The notes below the pieces were generated by a model. It made no database searches. It was not told the DNA's origin and saw nothing but the letters and a program-made list of their open reading frames with translations. Shown in pieces: positions 25,767-35,191 of a DNA stretch of 39,963 bases (position 1 is the stretch's first letter; every line of letters begins with the position of its first letter). Both the position numbers and the translations under genes were made by a program. The DNA is taken from positions 1 through 39,963 of IMG/VR virus record IMGVR_UViG_3300025534_000018, one strand, 5' to 3'. Origin of the DNA: a virus. Its lineage: Duplodnaviria; Caudoviricetes.

Positions 25767-27887
25767 CTATGATCTCCCCTTCATGAGTAAAGATTGCTGT
25801 CTTATCCCCTCTTGGATGATCTTTGCTTCGTTGTCCATTTGCTTCATAGCTAGTTGATGCTCTCGACTTGCAGCGGTCTCCGCAGCCTTAGCTTGTTCTT
25901 GCGCTTGTTGCGCCATCATCTGCTGCTGTTGCTGCTGGATAATAGGAGCCATGATTGCTTGTTCATGTTCAGCGCAATGTTCATCGATAATCGCCTGTAA
26001 TTCGGGCGGCAGATTGTCGTAAAAAGAGCCTTTTCGGAACCGATTATGCACTGCTAGATGCGTTTCATGGTCGTAAAAATCCCTTACTACCGGCAGCTTG
26101 ACGGGCGGTTGTGGAGGTGGTGGTATCACGCCAGGAATCTGCATTTGTTCTATAGCTTGCTGATAGTGTTGCAGATTCTGTCGATACTCGATGATCATAT
26201 TAGCCGTTTCAGGATCGCTGAATAGCTGTTCCCACTCTCTCTGCTCCATCTTCGCCTTGTTTTCGTCCAGTTCCACATCATCAAAGTAGTCTGATGCTAC
26301 TGATTGACCGAGCATACGAGCCACCTTTCGCACGTCTGGTCGTCCAGTGCGAGGATCGACAAACATCCCAGCGCCCCACATCTGGAATATTTTTGCCTCT
26401 TTAACTGCCCTGACTTCCGGCAAGGATGATCCCGGGACTACATCGACCACCTCATTACCGGATAAATCAGCGCCAGAAAAGGTAAGCGCCTCAATCTCGC
26501 CGTTTTCCCCGACAATTCTGAGCATTTGCTCCTCGGGAAAATGCTTTTTGACGAGTCGCAGCACCTTCTCGCCCCACTTCTTAATGCCTTCCTCGTAGGA
26601 ATGAGCGGCAAGAGCCAGCCTTGTTTCGTCCTGTTCAACGAGTAATTGCAGCCCCCCATACGTATCAACGCCACTCGGCACGCTTCCCTGGCTGATCTCG
26701 TGAGCGCCGCTGATATCCTCCATATCAGCTTCGTCACGTTCCATGGCGTTTTGCCATCCAGCTCCTGGTTCGATACCGTTTTCCCTTGTCGGCTTGTGAT
26801 TCTGGATTGGCAAGTAGTGTACGATTCCTCCGATCTCGTCTGTGATCTCTCCCTCGTCTTCGATTGAGTTGATCGGCACCATCCATTTCCCCGAACCCAT
26901 TTCCTCCAGCGTCTTGGCTTCTGCCGTTCGCTTGACGTTATAGCTTTGCTGGGGGACGGTAAGGTCTTTAACCACACCGTCTGCAATGGCTGTCCCGAGG
27001 TTGGAGATCATAGGGAAGAATATCCATGGATTTTCTCCTGGACTCTCGCTGTAATCCAGTACCTTTCCACCAGCGATGGTGATTTTTCGTCCCTCTGGAT
27101 ACTTGGATGATGGCCACTCCCAGTATTCACGTACCATGGCATGATTGGTATAGCGTTTCTTGGCATCAGCCTGTAGTGACAATTCAAAGTTAGGTCTCAA
27201 CTGGATATCTTCTGCCCCTACCTCTACGCCATACTTTTCTTTGATCTCGTCCACGTCTTCGGGAAACTCATGCACCACCCAGCGAATATCCTCAATATCC
27301 TCGGCAGTCGGATCGATGAATAGCTGCATCTGATCGACCACGAGCGTGCAGATTTTTCCTGTTTGCGTAACTCCTGGATCTACGCCCAATTCAGCAGCCT
27401 TATCCTCGTCGATCACAACCGTGTCACCTTTGGTTTTATCGACAAACACCTTAAGTGCCGGCATCCCATCCACGAGCATGTGAAGCTTGAGCCTTCTGCT
27501 CTTGTGATCCATCCGATCTTCTTGCCATTGATACTTCAAGAACTTTTGACCGGCTCTTGCCACCTCAAGCCGGTCATCGTCGTTGGTATCCGGCAATACC
27601 TCGAGTTGCACTTGATTTTTTGTTAACTTTGCCAATAGAGTGAGGATCAACGGCTTGATCTTGTTGTATGTGTACCGTCTCTCGTTGGCTCCGGGTTCTG
27701 GTATGTACACCATGCGCCGTACATTGTCCCACTTGATCCACTGATCTCCCCTGTAAAATGCCCTGTTTACTTGTATCTGCCGGATCATACGCCAGTTCGT
27801 GGCTGATTCTCGTCTTTCGTCCACAAGTTTGATCAGTTCGTCAGACTTCTTCGCTTTATTGCCTGATTTTCGATTCAGCAGCTTCAT
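25767..27887 (-). CDS. Portal protein (P22-like)
   Basis: FYRGDQW, TYNKIKP, MEDISGAHEISQG motifs, Gln-rich C-terminal barrel; follows terminase. Confidence 0.9.
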   Translation of the reverse strand: MKLLNRKSGNKAKKSDELIKLVDERRESATNWRMIRQIQVNRAFYRGDQWIKWDNVRRMVYIPEPGANERRYTYNKIKPLILTLLAKLTKNQVQLEVLPDTNDDDRLEVARAGQKFLKYQWQEDRMDHKSRRLKLHMLVDGMPALKVFVDKTKGDTVVIDEDKAAELGVDPGVTQTGKICTLVVDQMQLFIDPTAEDIEDIRWVVHEFPEDVDEIKEKYGVEVGAEDIQLRPNFELSLQADAKKRYTNHAMVREYWEWPSSKYPEGRKITIAGGKVLDYSESPGENPWIFFPMISNLGTAIADGVVKDLTVPQQSYNVKRTAEAKTLEEMGSGKWMVPINSIEDEGEITDEIGGIVHYLPIQNHKPTRENGIEPGAGWQNAMERDEADMEDISGAHEISQGSVPSGVDTYGGLQLLVEQDETRLALAAHSYEEGIKKWGEKVLRLVKKHFPEEQMLRIVGENGEIEALTFSGADLSGNEVVDVVPGSSLPEVRAVKEAKIFQMWGAGMFVDPRTGRPDVRKVARMLGQSVASDYFDDVELDENKAKMEQREWEQLFSDPETANMIIEYRQNLQHYQQAIEQMQIPGVIPPPPQPPVKLPVVRDFYDHETHLAVHNRFRKGSFYDNLPPELQAIIDEHCAEHEQAIMAPIIQQQQQQMMAQQAQEQAKAAETAASREHQLAMKQMDNEAKIIQEGIRQQSLLMKGRS

Positions 27888-28135
27888 TCGCTCGCTTTCC
27901 TCCTACCTCTACGGGGAGTATCAACACCCTCCTCAGACGCAATATTTTGCCCTTCTGAGCCGTTTTTGACAGCGGTAATGGTATAACCCTCTACCGTCAC
28001 CGGAATGATCTCAAACGGGCGAAAATGGAGGTCTGGAAACCTTTCTGGATCAGTACCTTGTCTGTATGCATCATCTGCGTCCTTCGCTGCAACAAAATGG
28101 CGAATGTATCCACATACGAGTTCAAACACTTGCAT
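27884..28135 (-). CDS. Hypothetical protein
   Basis: AAGGAGGTG SD. Confidence 0.7.
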   Translation of the reverse strand: MQVFELVCGYIRHFVAAKDADDAYRQGTDPERFPDLHFRPFEIIPVTVEGYTITAVKNGSEGQNIASEEGVDTPRRGRRKASE

Positions 28136-28148
28136 GATTTACACCTCC

Positions 28149-28394
28149 TTATGCGATATATGGCGAATTGTCCCTTTCTTCCTCCTGCTGCTCCGCTTTT
28201 TTCTCACGTATGACCTTGCTCGTGTACTCCGCAAATGTCGGCGCTTGGATGCGGTCAAGCAGATCCTTGCGCTCGTCCAGCCATTGATCACGCATTTCCT
28301 GCATCGTTTTCTCGTATCTCCTGACCATATCCTGGCGATCGATAAACTGATAGATGATCACACCGCATAGAACGGCTATTGTCACGTATATCAT
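28149..28394 (-). CDS. Small protein with N-terminal TM helix and coiled coil
   Basis: MIYVTIAVLCGVIIYQF...DLLDRIQA; ATGA overlap with terL. Confidence 0.7.
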   Translation of the reverse strand: MIYVTIAVLCGVIIYQFIDRQDMVRRYEKTMQEMRDQWLDERKDLLDRIQAPTFAEYTSKVIREKKAEQQEEERDNSPYIA

Positions 28395-29932
28395 GCGATA
28401 AATCCACTTCCTCTCTTGCGTTTTTTTGCTCGTTTTTCAATTTCTTTAAGATGATTCCAGGCTTGCTCATCTCGTGTCGGATGCTTAACCTCCTCCTCGA
28501 TCTTGCCGGATATGTAGTAGTATCTGTGCAGCGCTTGGCTCATCGCGTCTACCTGATCATCGTTCGCGCCTTTAGGGAAGCTGGCGCACTCTTCGACAAA
28601 ATCATGCACCCATTCGGCTTGTCTCGGTAAATACACGTTTCCGGCTTCGATAAAGGAAGAAACCGCATTTACACGAGCGACTTTACCACCTTCAGGGTTG
28701 ACCGCAATTATGCCTGGTATCTCTATCTGTAGCGTTTGGATTATCGCTGATCCGTTTGCCTTATCCTCAATCAGTTTTAACCCAGCTTGCGGGTATTTAT
28801 TGGTCAGGTTGCGTATCGTCTGCAACGTCGCAGGAAAATTCATTCGCGCCCTTACCTGATCAATCAGATAGACGTTAGTGCCATTACGCCCCCACACTTG
28901 GCATACCACATAGTCACTGTCATCCTCATCCTTAAACGCAGCATCAACGCTTATGAGCATTGATCCAACCTCTGGCAACACATCGTAATAACGCCACCAG
29001 TCGCGCTTGATCATGTTACCTTCTTGGCTCGACGGTCTACCTTGATAAAGCGCGTTGTAACTGGACGGAAAAGCCTTTCTTTCCTCGATAAAGGAGTTTC
29101 CATACCGCTCCGACCAAAGCGGTTCACCGAGTTGACGATTCAACGGGTTTCCTTCTTCTGCTATATGCTTTTCATCACATTCCAGAGGCAGATTGATTTT
29201 TTTCCACGGAAGAACTTTTCCGTACTCTGGATTAAGCAACCTTCCACACAGGTCATCCTCATGCCATCGTGTCATGATGATAATGACGATAGCACCCGGG
29301 TGAATACGTGTTGATATAGAGTCTTGCCATTCGTCCCAATGCTTTTGCCGCATGACCTCGGAATTCGCTTCTTCACGGTTTTTGATCGGGTCGTCGATAA
29401 TGATGCAATCACCCAGGCTCGATCCGGTAATGCCCGATAAAATACCACGGGAGATCATGCCGCCCCTGGTCTTTTCGCCAGTCTTTGCGTCAATGATCTC
29501 CCACTCACCCTTGCTGTTCGTGTCCTTTGATATTCTTATTCCAAAAAGTTCTTCGCCATATGTCGTTATCTTATCACGGTTTCTCGATCCGAATTTACTT
29601 GCAAATCCCTCATTGTACGATACCTCGATAACGCCCTCAGCTGGAAAATGACCAAGAAAATAGCTTGGGAAAGTCTCGGTTATGTGCATCGACTTGCCAT
29701 GCTGAGGAGGTACGTTGAACATAAAATACTGCGTTTCTATCGGTATCTCTCCGGCCAACATCCTTTTGCGTTTATTTACGGCTTCGTTAAGCACATTGGC
29801 GATATATTCGCCGTGTCTGGTGTAGGTATATATCCGGCTGTGTGTATACTTGACGTATTCATAATAGTCCCGCCGCGCAAGTTCTTTGCGCACATCGTCA
29901 AGGTTCGGCAGTTTTGCTAAGGATATGCTCAA
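28391..29932 (-). CDS. terL: Terminase large subunit
   Basis: PPQHGKS Walker A, IIIDDP Walker B, MTRWHEDDL, ALYQGRP, SVDAAFK, IEDKANG, DDQVDAMSQ. Confidence 0.96.
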   Translation of the reverse strand: MSISLAKLPNLDDVRKELARRDYYEYVKYTHSRIYTYTRHGEYIANVLNEAVNKRKRMLAGEIPIETQYFMFNVPPQHGKSMHITETFPSYFLGHFPAEGVIEVSYNEGFASKFGSRNRDKITTYGEELFGIRISKDTNSKGEWEIIDAKTGEKTRGGMISRGILSGITGSSLGDCIIIDDPIKNREEANSEVMRQKHWDEWQDSISTRIHPGAIVIIIMTRWHEDDLCGRLLNPEYGKVLPWKKINLPLECDEKHIAEEGNPLNRQLGEPLWSERYGNSFIEERKAFPSSYNALYQGRPSSQEGNMIKRDWWRYYDVLPEVGSMLISVDAAFKDEDDSDYVVCQVWGRNGTNVYLIDQVRARMNFPATLQTIRNLTNKYPQAGLKLIEDKANGSAIIQTLQIEIPGIIAVNPEGGKVARVNAVSSFIEAGNVYLPRQAEWVHDFVEECASFPKGANDDQVDAMSQALHRYYYISGKIEEEVKHPTRDEQAWNHLKEIEKRAKKRKRGSGFIA

Positions 29933-30440
29933 GCTGCTTCAACTCCTCGACAGATAAACCGCTGAGATCAACTTTGCTGCTCGTCTCAAACGGTTTTCCG
30001 TCTTTGTTGCCAACATCGACTTCTTGCTTATCTCTCCACGCTTGCGGCCTGCGATTCTTCAGCCAGAATATTTGAGCGGTTGTGTCAGGGTTAACGAACT
30101 TCTTTACAACCTTAGTCACTACGATCTTAGGATCGCCGTTTTCGTCCAGGATCGGTTCACCGGTTACCGGATTGTATAACGGTTCCTTCGTCACTTCCTC
30201 GTACTCGTACCCCATCGCCCTTTTCAGCAGCGCATTCTCGACTTCCACGTCTATGTCGTCCTTGCCGTTTTTCAAGGCCTCCGCAAACTCTGGATACTTA
30301 TTCTTGTATTCGTAATAAGTGGCAGTTCCAATCCCGAGATTGTGCGCTATCTGTTCATCTGTTAAACCATCCCTAGCCCAAGCTTCGACTAGGTTAAGTT
30401 TCGGCTTGACGTGCGAATCGTATTTGCTAGGTCTGGCCAT
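29898..30440 (-). CDS. terS: Terminase small subunit
   Basis: MARPSKY...WARDGLTDEQIA HTH, VENALLKRAMG, DTTAQIFWLKNRRP..WRDK. Confidence 0.88.
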   Translation of the reverse strand: MARPSKYDSHVKPKLNLVEAWARDGLTDEQIAHNLGIGTATYYEYKNKYPEFAEALKNGKDDIDVEVENALLKRAMGYEYEEVTKEPLYNPVTGEPILDENGDPKIVVTKVVKKFVNPDTTAQIFWLKNRRPQAWRDKQEVDVGNKDGKPFETSSKVDLSGLSVEELKQLEHILSKTAEP

Positions 30441-30506
30441 AATCTCACCCCACCATTCATAGATTATACAGATATCAAAATATATCACCGTGATGTCGTG
30501 ATAATT

Positions 30507-30887
30507 TTATTCATGATTACGTATTTCCATGTCGTTTGTGCTTCTGGCTCTATGCTTCATGCTCTCGTAATAACTGGCCCACTCTTCATGTTTCTTTTCC
30601 CAACTCGCCATCTCAGCCTTAAACTCATCCGAGCAGCAATCCACTTCCTTCACATCGTGCGGAATCGTGATTTTGTGAGTACACTTTGCATAGTAAGTTT
30701 CAAAGTCAATGATAACTGTCTGATCTCCGATCTTATCCCCACGCTCTTTTTTCGGTGTATAGCTCCATTCGCGCAGCAAAAACCACTTATCATGAGTGGT
30801 TGTCAAGTAAAGCTGAACTTCTTCCCACTTATCTCCTACCAGGTAGACCGTGTTTTCATCCGGCGCATAAAAATAATACTTTTCCAT
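30507..30887 (-). CDS. Hypothetical protein
   Basis: 126 aa, GGAGG SD. Confidence 0.65.
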   Translation of the reverse strand: MEKYYFYAPDENTVYLVGDKWEEVQLYLTTTHDKWFLLREWSYTPKKERGDKIGDQTVIIDFETYYAKCTHKITIPHDVKEVDCCSDEFKAEMASWEKKHEEWASYYESMKHRARSTNDMEIRNHE

Positions 30888-30907
30888 ATCAATACCTCCA
30901 AATTTTT

Positions 30908-31072
30908 TTATTCATCATCCTGCATACATATACACGCCGATACATACACTGGCATTCCCATCATAAGCATCTCAATCGCTTTGCGCTGCTGATCTATCTC
31001 ATTAAGGCGCTTATACTCTATGATTTCATCCGGTGTGCCTTCTACTTCTACACCTCCGATTACTGCTTTCAC
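30908..31072 (-). CDS. Small hypothetical protein (54 aa, MKAVIGGVEVEGTPDEIIEY...)
   Basis: Read manually; GGAGG SD, GTGA overlap. Confidence 0.6.
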   Translation of the reverse strand: MKAVIGGVEVEGTPDEIIEYKRLNEIDQQRKAIEMLMMGMPVYVSACICMQDDE

Positions 31073-31236
31073 CTTCCACCCTCCCTGCTCAATATCTCCC
31101 GTATCTGCTGCTTATACTGCTCTATCTTCCGCCGCTCGATCTGCTTCCTGCTGATCCTTATATGTGTAGTCGGCCTGGCGTCCTTATCCTCGCATCCTGT
31201 GCATGTCACTCTCTTGCATGCAGGACAGACTTGCAT
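31069..31236 (-). CDS. Small CxxC-CxxC basic protein (55 aa)
   Basis: MQVCPACKRVTCTGCED...; GAGGTGA SD; first late ORF. Confidence 0.55.
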   Translation of the reverse strand: MQVCPACKRVTCTGCEDKDARPTTHIRISRKQIERRKIEQYKQQIREILSREGGR

Positions 31237-31253
31237 ATAAATCACCTCAAATA

Positions 31254-31299
31254 AAAATACCCATATCCGCAGGGCTAATATTTGCGGACTGGGTATTTT
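31254..31299. terminator. Long terminator-like hairpin in the late leader
   Basis: AAAATACCCA-TA-TCCGCA...TGCGGA-C-TGGGTATTTT. Confidence 0.5.
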
Positions 31300-31328
31300 C
31301 TGTCGATCGGCATGATCAACCTATTACC

Positions 31329-31372
31329 ATTATATCTCATAGATATCAATCCGTGTGTTAGGACTTTGTTAG
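31329..31372 (-). promoter_or_regulatory. Candidate activator-dependent late promoter
   Basis: Minus-strand TATAAT (31334-31329) with no properly spaced -35; CTAACA direct repeats at 11-bp period (31356-31361, 31367-31372). Confidence 0.5.
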
Positions 31373-31413
31373 ATTCAGTTCACAAAATGTTCACAATTTG
31401 TTCTTATGTGTTC

Positions 31414-31445
31414 GTATTTACATGTGTAAATACACGTGATATTAT
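31414..31445 (+). promoter_or_regulatory. Moron promoter with palindromic operator
   Basis: TTTACA-17-TATTAT; GTATTTACA-TG-TGTAAATAC inverted repeat over the -35. Confidence 0.7.
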
Positions 31446-31476
31446 AAAGACAAGAAGAACGAAGGAGATGATCAAA

Positions 31477-31983
31477 ATGAAGTTCACCTTTACCTGCGGA
31501 CACGTCGAGGACATCCGAGTAACAAGCAAGGATCACATGCTGGAAATGAAGGAGTATGCTGCAAGCAGCAAGTGCAGCACTTGCACTAAGATCGACCTTG
31601 CGGCAGCACCTCGCAAAGAGCAACTGACACTCCCGAAGCTCACCGGCACCGAGAAACAAGTTGCCTGGGCAGAGCAGATCAGGGGAAAGGTCGTCCAGCA
31701 GCGGGAGGCGGTGCTGGAGAAGATGCAAAGCGTCAAGCCTACAGGCATCTTGCTTGAAGGCAAAGCATACCTCGCCGGGTACATCGCGCATCAGCTCGAC
31801 AAGTACATCGAGACGGAGACCTCCGCCGCCACCTGGATCGACACCTTCAAGACCTTGACCTCACAATTCGCCAAGCATCCGGACTGGGCGAACGTCATCG
31901 GCGGCATGATCCAGCGCAGCGGGCTCTTCGGCCTCGACATGGACGACATCAACTTCCTGCACTTCGTCGCAAAGGAGGGTTAA
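31477..31983 (+). CDS. Hypothetical Zn-binding protein (CGH...CxxC, LTGTEKQVAWA motif)
   Basis: AAGGAG SD; GC-rich third codon positions unlike the flanks. Confidence 0.75.
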   Translation: MKFTFTCGHVEDIRVTSKDHMLEMKEYAASSKCSTCTKIDLAAAPRKEQLTLPKLTGTEKQVAWAEQIRGKVVQQREAVLEKMQSVKPTGILLEGKAYLAGYIAHQLDKYIETETSAATWIDTFKTLTSQFAKHPDWANVIGGMIQRSGLFGLDMDDINFLHFVAKEG

Positions 31984-31985
31984 CG

Positions 31986-32483
31986 ATGAAAAAGATCCCG
32001 CGCACATTCCGCATACCGGCTGACCTGGTCGAGCGATTCGACCAGGCGGCTGAGATAACCGGAGTCGACCGGACGGAAGTAGTTGTGCAGGCTATCCGTG
32101 AATATGTGGAACGAGTCGAGGCCGGAAACTTCTGGAACACGGATAAGCCGGTTACTATCACATCCTTCTACGCTCCTGAGCTCGGTAAGTGCGAGCTCAG
32201 CAGAAGCGTCCTGATCGACGAGGACGGCAGACCGACCGTGAAGCTGTACACGCCTCTCAAGGTGCTGAATCACGAGCGCACGGCCATGATCGACGGCGAT
32301 GCAGTCAGGTACGACATTGAGCGAGCATACGCCGACATCGACTTTAAGGCTCGGAAGTGTAAGGTCAAATACTCGGTGTGCTGGATTGGCGGACTCGTCG
32401 AGCAGCGGACAGCGGAGTTCGCAATCGACTGGAGCTGGACAAACCGAGAGTATGATGTAGCGATTCAAATTTTCCCGGTATAA
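31986..32483 (+). CDS. Ribbon-helix-helix (CopG-like) protein with C-terminal beta domain
   Basis: RTFRIPADLVERFDQAAEITGVDRTEVVVQAIREYV; AAGGAGG SD. Confidence 0.8.
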   Translation: MKKIPRTFRIPADLVERFDQAAEITGVDRTEVVVQAIREYVERVEAGNFWNTDKPVTITSFYAPELGKCELSRSVLIDEDGRPTVKLYTPLKVLNHERTAMIDGDAVRYDIERAYADIDFKARKCKVKYSVCWIGGLVEQRTAEFAIDWSWTNREYDVAIQIFPV

Positions 32484-32641
32484 AGAAGATGTAAACGGAT
32501 GGGAAGACGGTGCAGGAAATACGATCTATGTTGAATAACGAATAAAGCCCGTCGATCTCGCACATCGACAGGCTTCGGGGATAGAGACGAGCACCGCCAT
32601 CTATCCCCTCCAGTATAACACATTTTTGGAGGGAACGAACT

Positions 32642-32998
32642 ATGAACAAAATAATTGAGCAACGAATTGTTAGAAACGATTCCGATGTTGCAAGAGTCAT
32701 CCTGATTGAGTTAAAGAATGGTTACGGCGTATATTATCACATCGAAAACGAAGATCGTTACAGTGAATGTTATACCACTCCAGATTATTACGAGGCTCTG
32801 GAATGCTACAAAAACGAGATTTTCCGCAACAGCATTAAAAACGCAATTCTTCGAGTAGCAAAAAGGCGAGTGAGCAGAGGTGCCACAAGAGAGCACATCA
32901 GAGAACATCAAGAAAAGCTGCTTAGCACCTGCAAAGATTCAGATATTAGAACATTTATCCACTATATCGATCGCATGGTTTTTGAACATTCCACCTGA
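32642..32998 (+). CDS. Hypothetical protein
   Basis: 118 aa, GGAGG SD, structured leader. Confidence 0.7.
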   Translation: MNKIIEQRIVRNDSDVARVILIELKNGYGVYYHIENEDRYSECYTTPDYYEALECYKNEIFRNSIKNAILRVAKRRVSRGATREHIREHQEKLLSTCKDSDIRTFIHYIDRMVFEHST

Positions 32999-33130
32999 TA
33001 GGCGTAATCATATTATGACCCTCCTATGCAAATAGCCGAGGATTATCCCCCCGGCTATCGCATTGTTGATCATGATGACCAATTCTCTCAAATCCACATG
33101 CGCCAAAGTGCGCATGACATATACAACTGT

Positions 33131-33159
33131 ATTATCTCCTAAACATTTACATGTGTCAA
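33131..33159 (-). promoter_or_regulatory. SigmaA promoter facing the moron
   Basis: TTGACA-17-GATAAT directly after the hairpin AAAATCCCCTC-GTTAA-GAGGGGATTTT (33163-33189). Confidence 0.65.
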
Positions 33160-33174
33160 TATAAAATCCCCTCG

Positions 33175-33624
33175 TTAAGAGGGGATTTTCACTCTCATTC
33201 TCGGCACTCTCATGCTGATCTGTCTGACATATCCTTCGCTTAGGTGTACTTCCTTTGCTATTTCATGCAGTTTCTTGCCCTGCACATCACGCATGTAGGC
33301 CACCCTATTCTCGATCTTGTCCATCTGCGACATGACCGCTTCCATTCGCTGCTTATGCTCGTATTTTAGCGACAGGATTTCCTTGCACTCTTCAATCTGC
33401 TGATCGATTCGCTGTATCCTCGCCCAATAGTCCGGGAGATTGATCACCATGTACCCAGCACCCGGCATGCCCGTGTAATTGGCGCATAACCTCGTTGCTG
33501 GAGGTTGTATCATCTTTTTCGTTAGGCGTCTGCGCTCTTCTTTGAGGTCGTACATGCGGATCGTCCACATCTCGATATCTTGCAGCAAATCCCTGTATCC
33601 TTTCAGGTTGTCCATGCCGATCAA
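33175..33624 (-). CDS. Late transcriptional activator (ArpU/RinA-like, sigma-region-4 HTH)
   Basis: Coiled coil plus VAYMRDVQGKKLHEIAKEVHLSEGYVRQIS; last early gene before packaging. Confidence 0.78.
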   Translation of the reverse strand: MIGMDNLKGYRDLLQDIEMWTIRMYDLKEERRRLTKKMIQPPATRLCANYTGMPGAGYMVINLPDYWARIQRIDQQIEECKEILSLKYEHKQRMEAVMSQMDKIENRVAYMRDVQGKKLHEIAKEVHLSEGYVRQISMRVPRMRVKIPS

Positions 33625-33630
33625 CTCCTC

Positions 33631-34728
33631 TTATGCGCTGATTCGCAGATTCAGATGACCTTCTACTCTGCTCAACCGTGCTTCGATTTCCTCAATCCTC
33701 TTATGGAGAGTTGCCGTTGATACGTCCTGATCACTTTCAGCGCTTCCTGCACATGCGGCTGTGTCTTGTACCATCGGCGATCCTGTTCCCAGATCAGTAT
33801 CGCTATCTCGAAAGTCCTCTCGACTTACTTGATCTTGTTGATCAGTTGAATCACCTTCTGCACCGGCCACGTTGTCAGTAGTTCGATCTTCGGCATCAGG
33901 AAATGTGTTGCCCGCAGGCATACCTCCTACTGGCTTAGGCTTGATCAGGTGTCCGAGTCCTGCACGTTGTAGTGCCAGCTCTCTCGCCGACATGATCGGC
34001 TTATCGTCAGTGATCGTGCTGGTGAAACTGATCTTCAGACCTTCCGGTTTCGTCTTCTTCGATGCGGTTGCAAGCTGCTCAAGCTCCACAATCTGCGCCT
34101 TCAAAGACTCGACTTCACGCACAGCGGCATCTCGTTTCTTCTCGGCGTCATGTTTCTCAAACGTTGCTTGTGCGAGTTGCTGCTTAATACCGTTTAGTTC
34201 GTCTTGCAACTTCGCCTTTTCTTCATTCAGCGACCGGACGGCGTTCCGCAGATCGTTTGCTTCTGCTTCCGCCTGTTCCTGCGCATTACGTGCTTCGTCA
34301 CGTTCTCGCTGCGCCGATGCGATTGCTTCCTCGTACTTCTCACGCAGTTCCCGGATAGCTGCCAGGTTTTCCTCGTCCTTCGATGAGATCACAGCCTCAT
34401 AATATTCAGTCGTCTGGTCAATCGCGGTGTTTACGAGACGGCGTATTTCTTCGTTTGCGCGATGATCGCCGAATATTTTGTCATAGTCGTGCGGAAGGAC
34501 GAACGTTTCCTTCATTTCCTCCTGCACAGCCTTTCGTTCCTGCGCTTCTGCTTCCTTCTCCACCTTGCTTTGCAGTTCCGTCAAGGCATTGCAGATCGCC
34601 GTGTACTTGCCCCTATCAAAAGACTCCTGACCTTCCAGGTAGTCTTTCAACTCCTGCAATGTCTCAATATCCAGAGCGAGCGCTCTGTTATAGTCCATCC
34701 CTTCGAGCAGTTGTTCCTTATCGATCAT
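33631..34728 (-). CDS. Long coiled-coil protein of unknown function
   Basis: 365 aa, extended heptads, acidic disordered tail; AAGGAGG SD; TGATATAAT upstream. Confidence 0.75.
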   Translation of the reverse strand: MIDKEQLLEGMDYNRALALDIETLQELKDYLEGQESFDRGKYTAICNALTELQSKVEKEAEAQERKAVQEEMKETFVLPHDYDKIFGDHRANEEIRRLVNTAIDQTTEYYEAVISSKDEENLAAIRELREKYEEAIASAQRERDEARNAQEQAEAEANDLRNAVRSLNEEKAKLQDELNGIKQQLAQATFEKHDAEKKRDAAVREVESLKAQIVELEQLATASKKTKPEGLKISFTSTITDDKPIMSARELALQRAGLGHLIKPKPVGGMPAGNTFPDAEDRTTDNVAGAEGDSTDQQDQVSREDFRDSDTDLGTGSPMVQDTAACAGSAESDQDVSTATLHKRIEEIEARLSRVEGHLNLRISA

Positions 34729-34843
34729 TTTCCGTCCTCCTTATGCAAAATAAGCATAAATCTTTATCATATTATATCATAAAACGCATAAGCAAATCCA
34801 CAAAATATAGGGGGATTAAGACTTTTTGACACAAAATGTTGGG

Positions 34844-35140
34844 TTATACCGGTTCATACGTCAGCTCGAATATATCTGGTTTGCATGGGTAGAACTCACC
34901 TTTCACGCCTTTGATGACATAATCACCAATGCTGGCAAGATGCTCGCCTTCAAGCGTCTTGATAATAAGCCCTCCTTCAACTTTGCTGTGGTCGATATAA
35001 AAGTTGTCGCCAGTTACCTCTAAAGGTTTGTCTGTCTTGGTGTAGTTCGTCAGGAAATCAAACATTTCTCTGTGATTTTCGCCTGTCCACTTAACCGCAT
35101 CAATTTCAACTGGCTTCTTTCGATACCTTACCATTATCAA
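34844..35140 (-). CDS. Conserved phage protein (PGDYG-like motif family)
   Basis: YRKKPVEIDAVKW...TLEG...IGDYVIKGVKGEFYPCKPDIFELTYE. Confidence 0.8.
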   Translation of the reverse strand: MIMVRYRKKPVEIDAVKWTGENHREMFDFLTNYTKTDKPLEVTGDNFYIDHSKVEGGLIIKTLEGEHLASIGDYVIKGVKGEFYPCKPDIFELTYEPV

Positions 35141-35191
35141 AACCTCATATTTTCGTTTTTAAGCCGTTTTTCACATCGGTAGATAGATTCA

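Noticed and set aside
31400-31414. Second LexA box (CGAACACATAAGAA on the minus strand)
   Set aside because: Only one half-site matches
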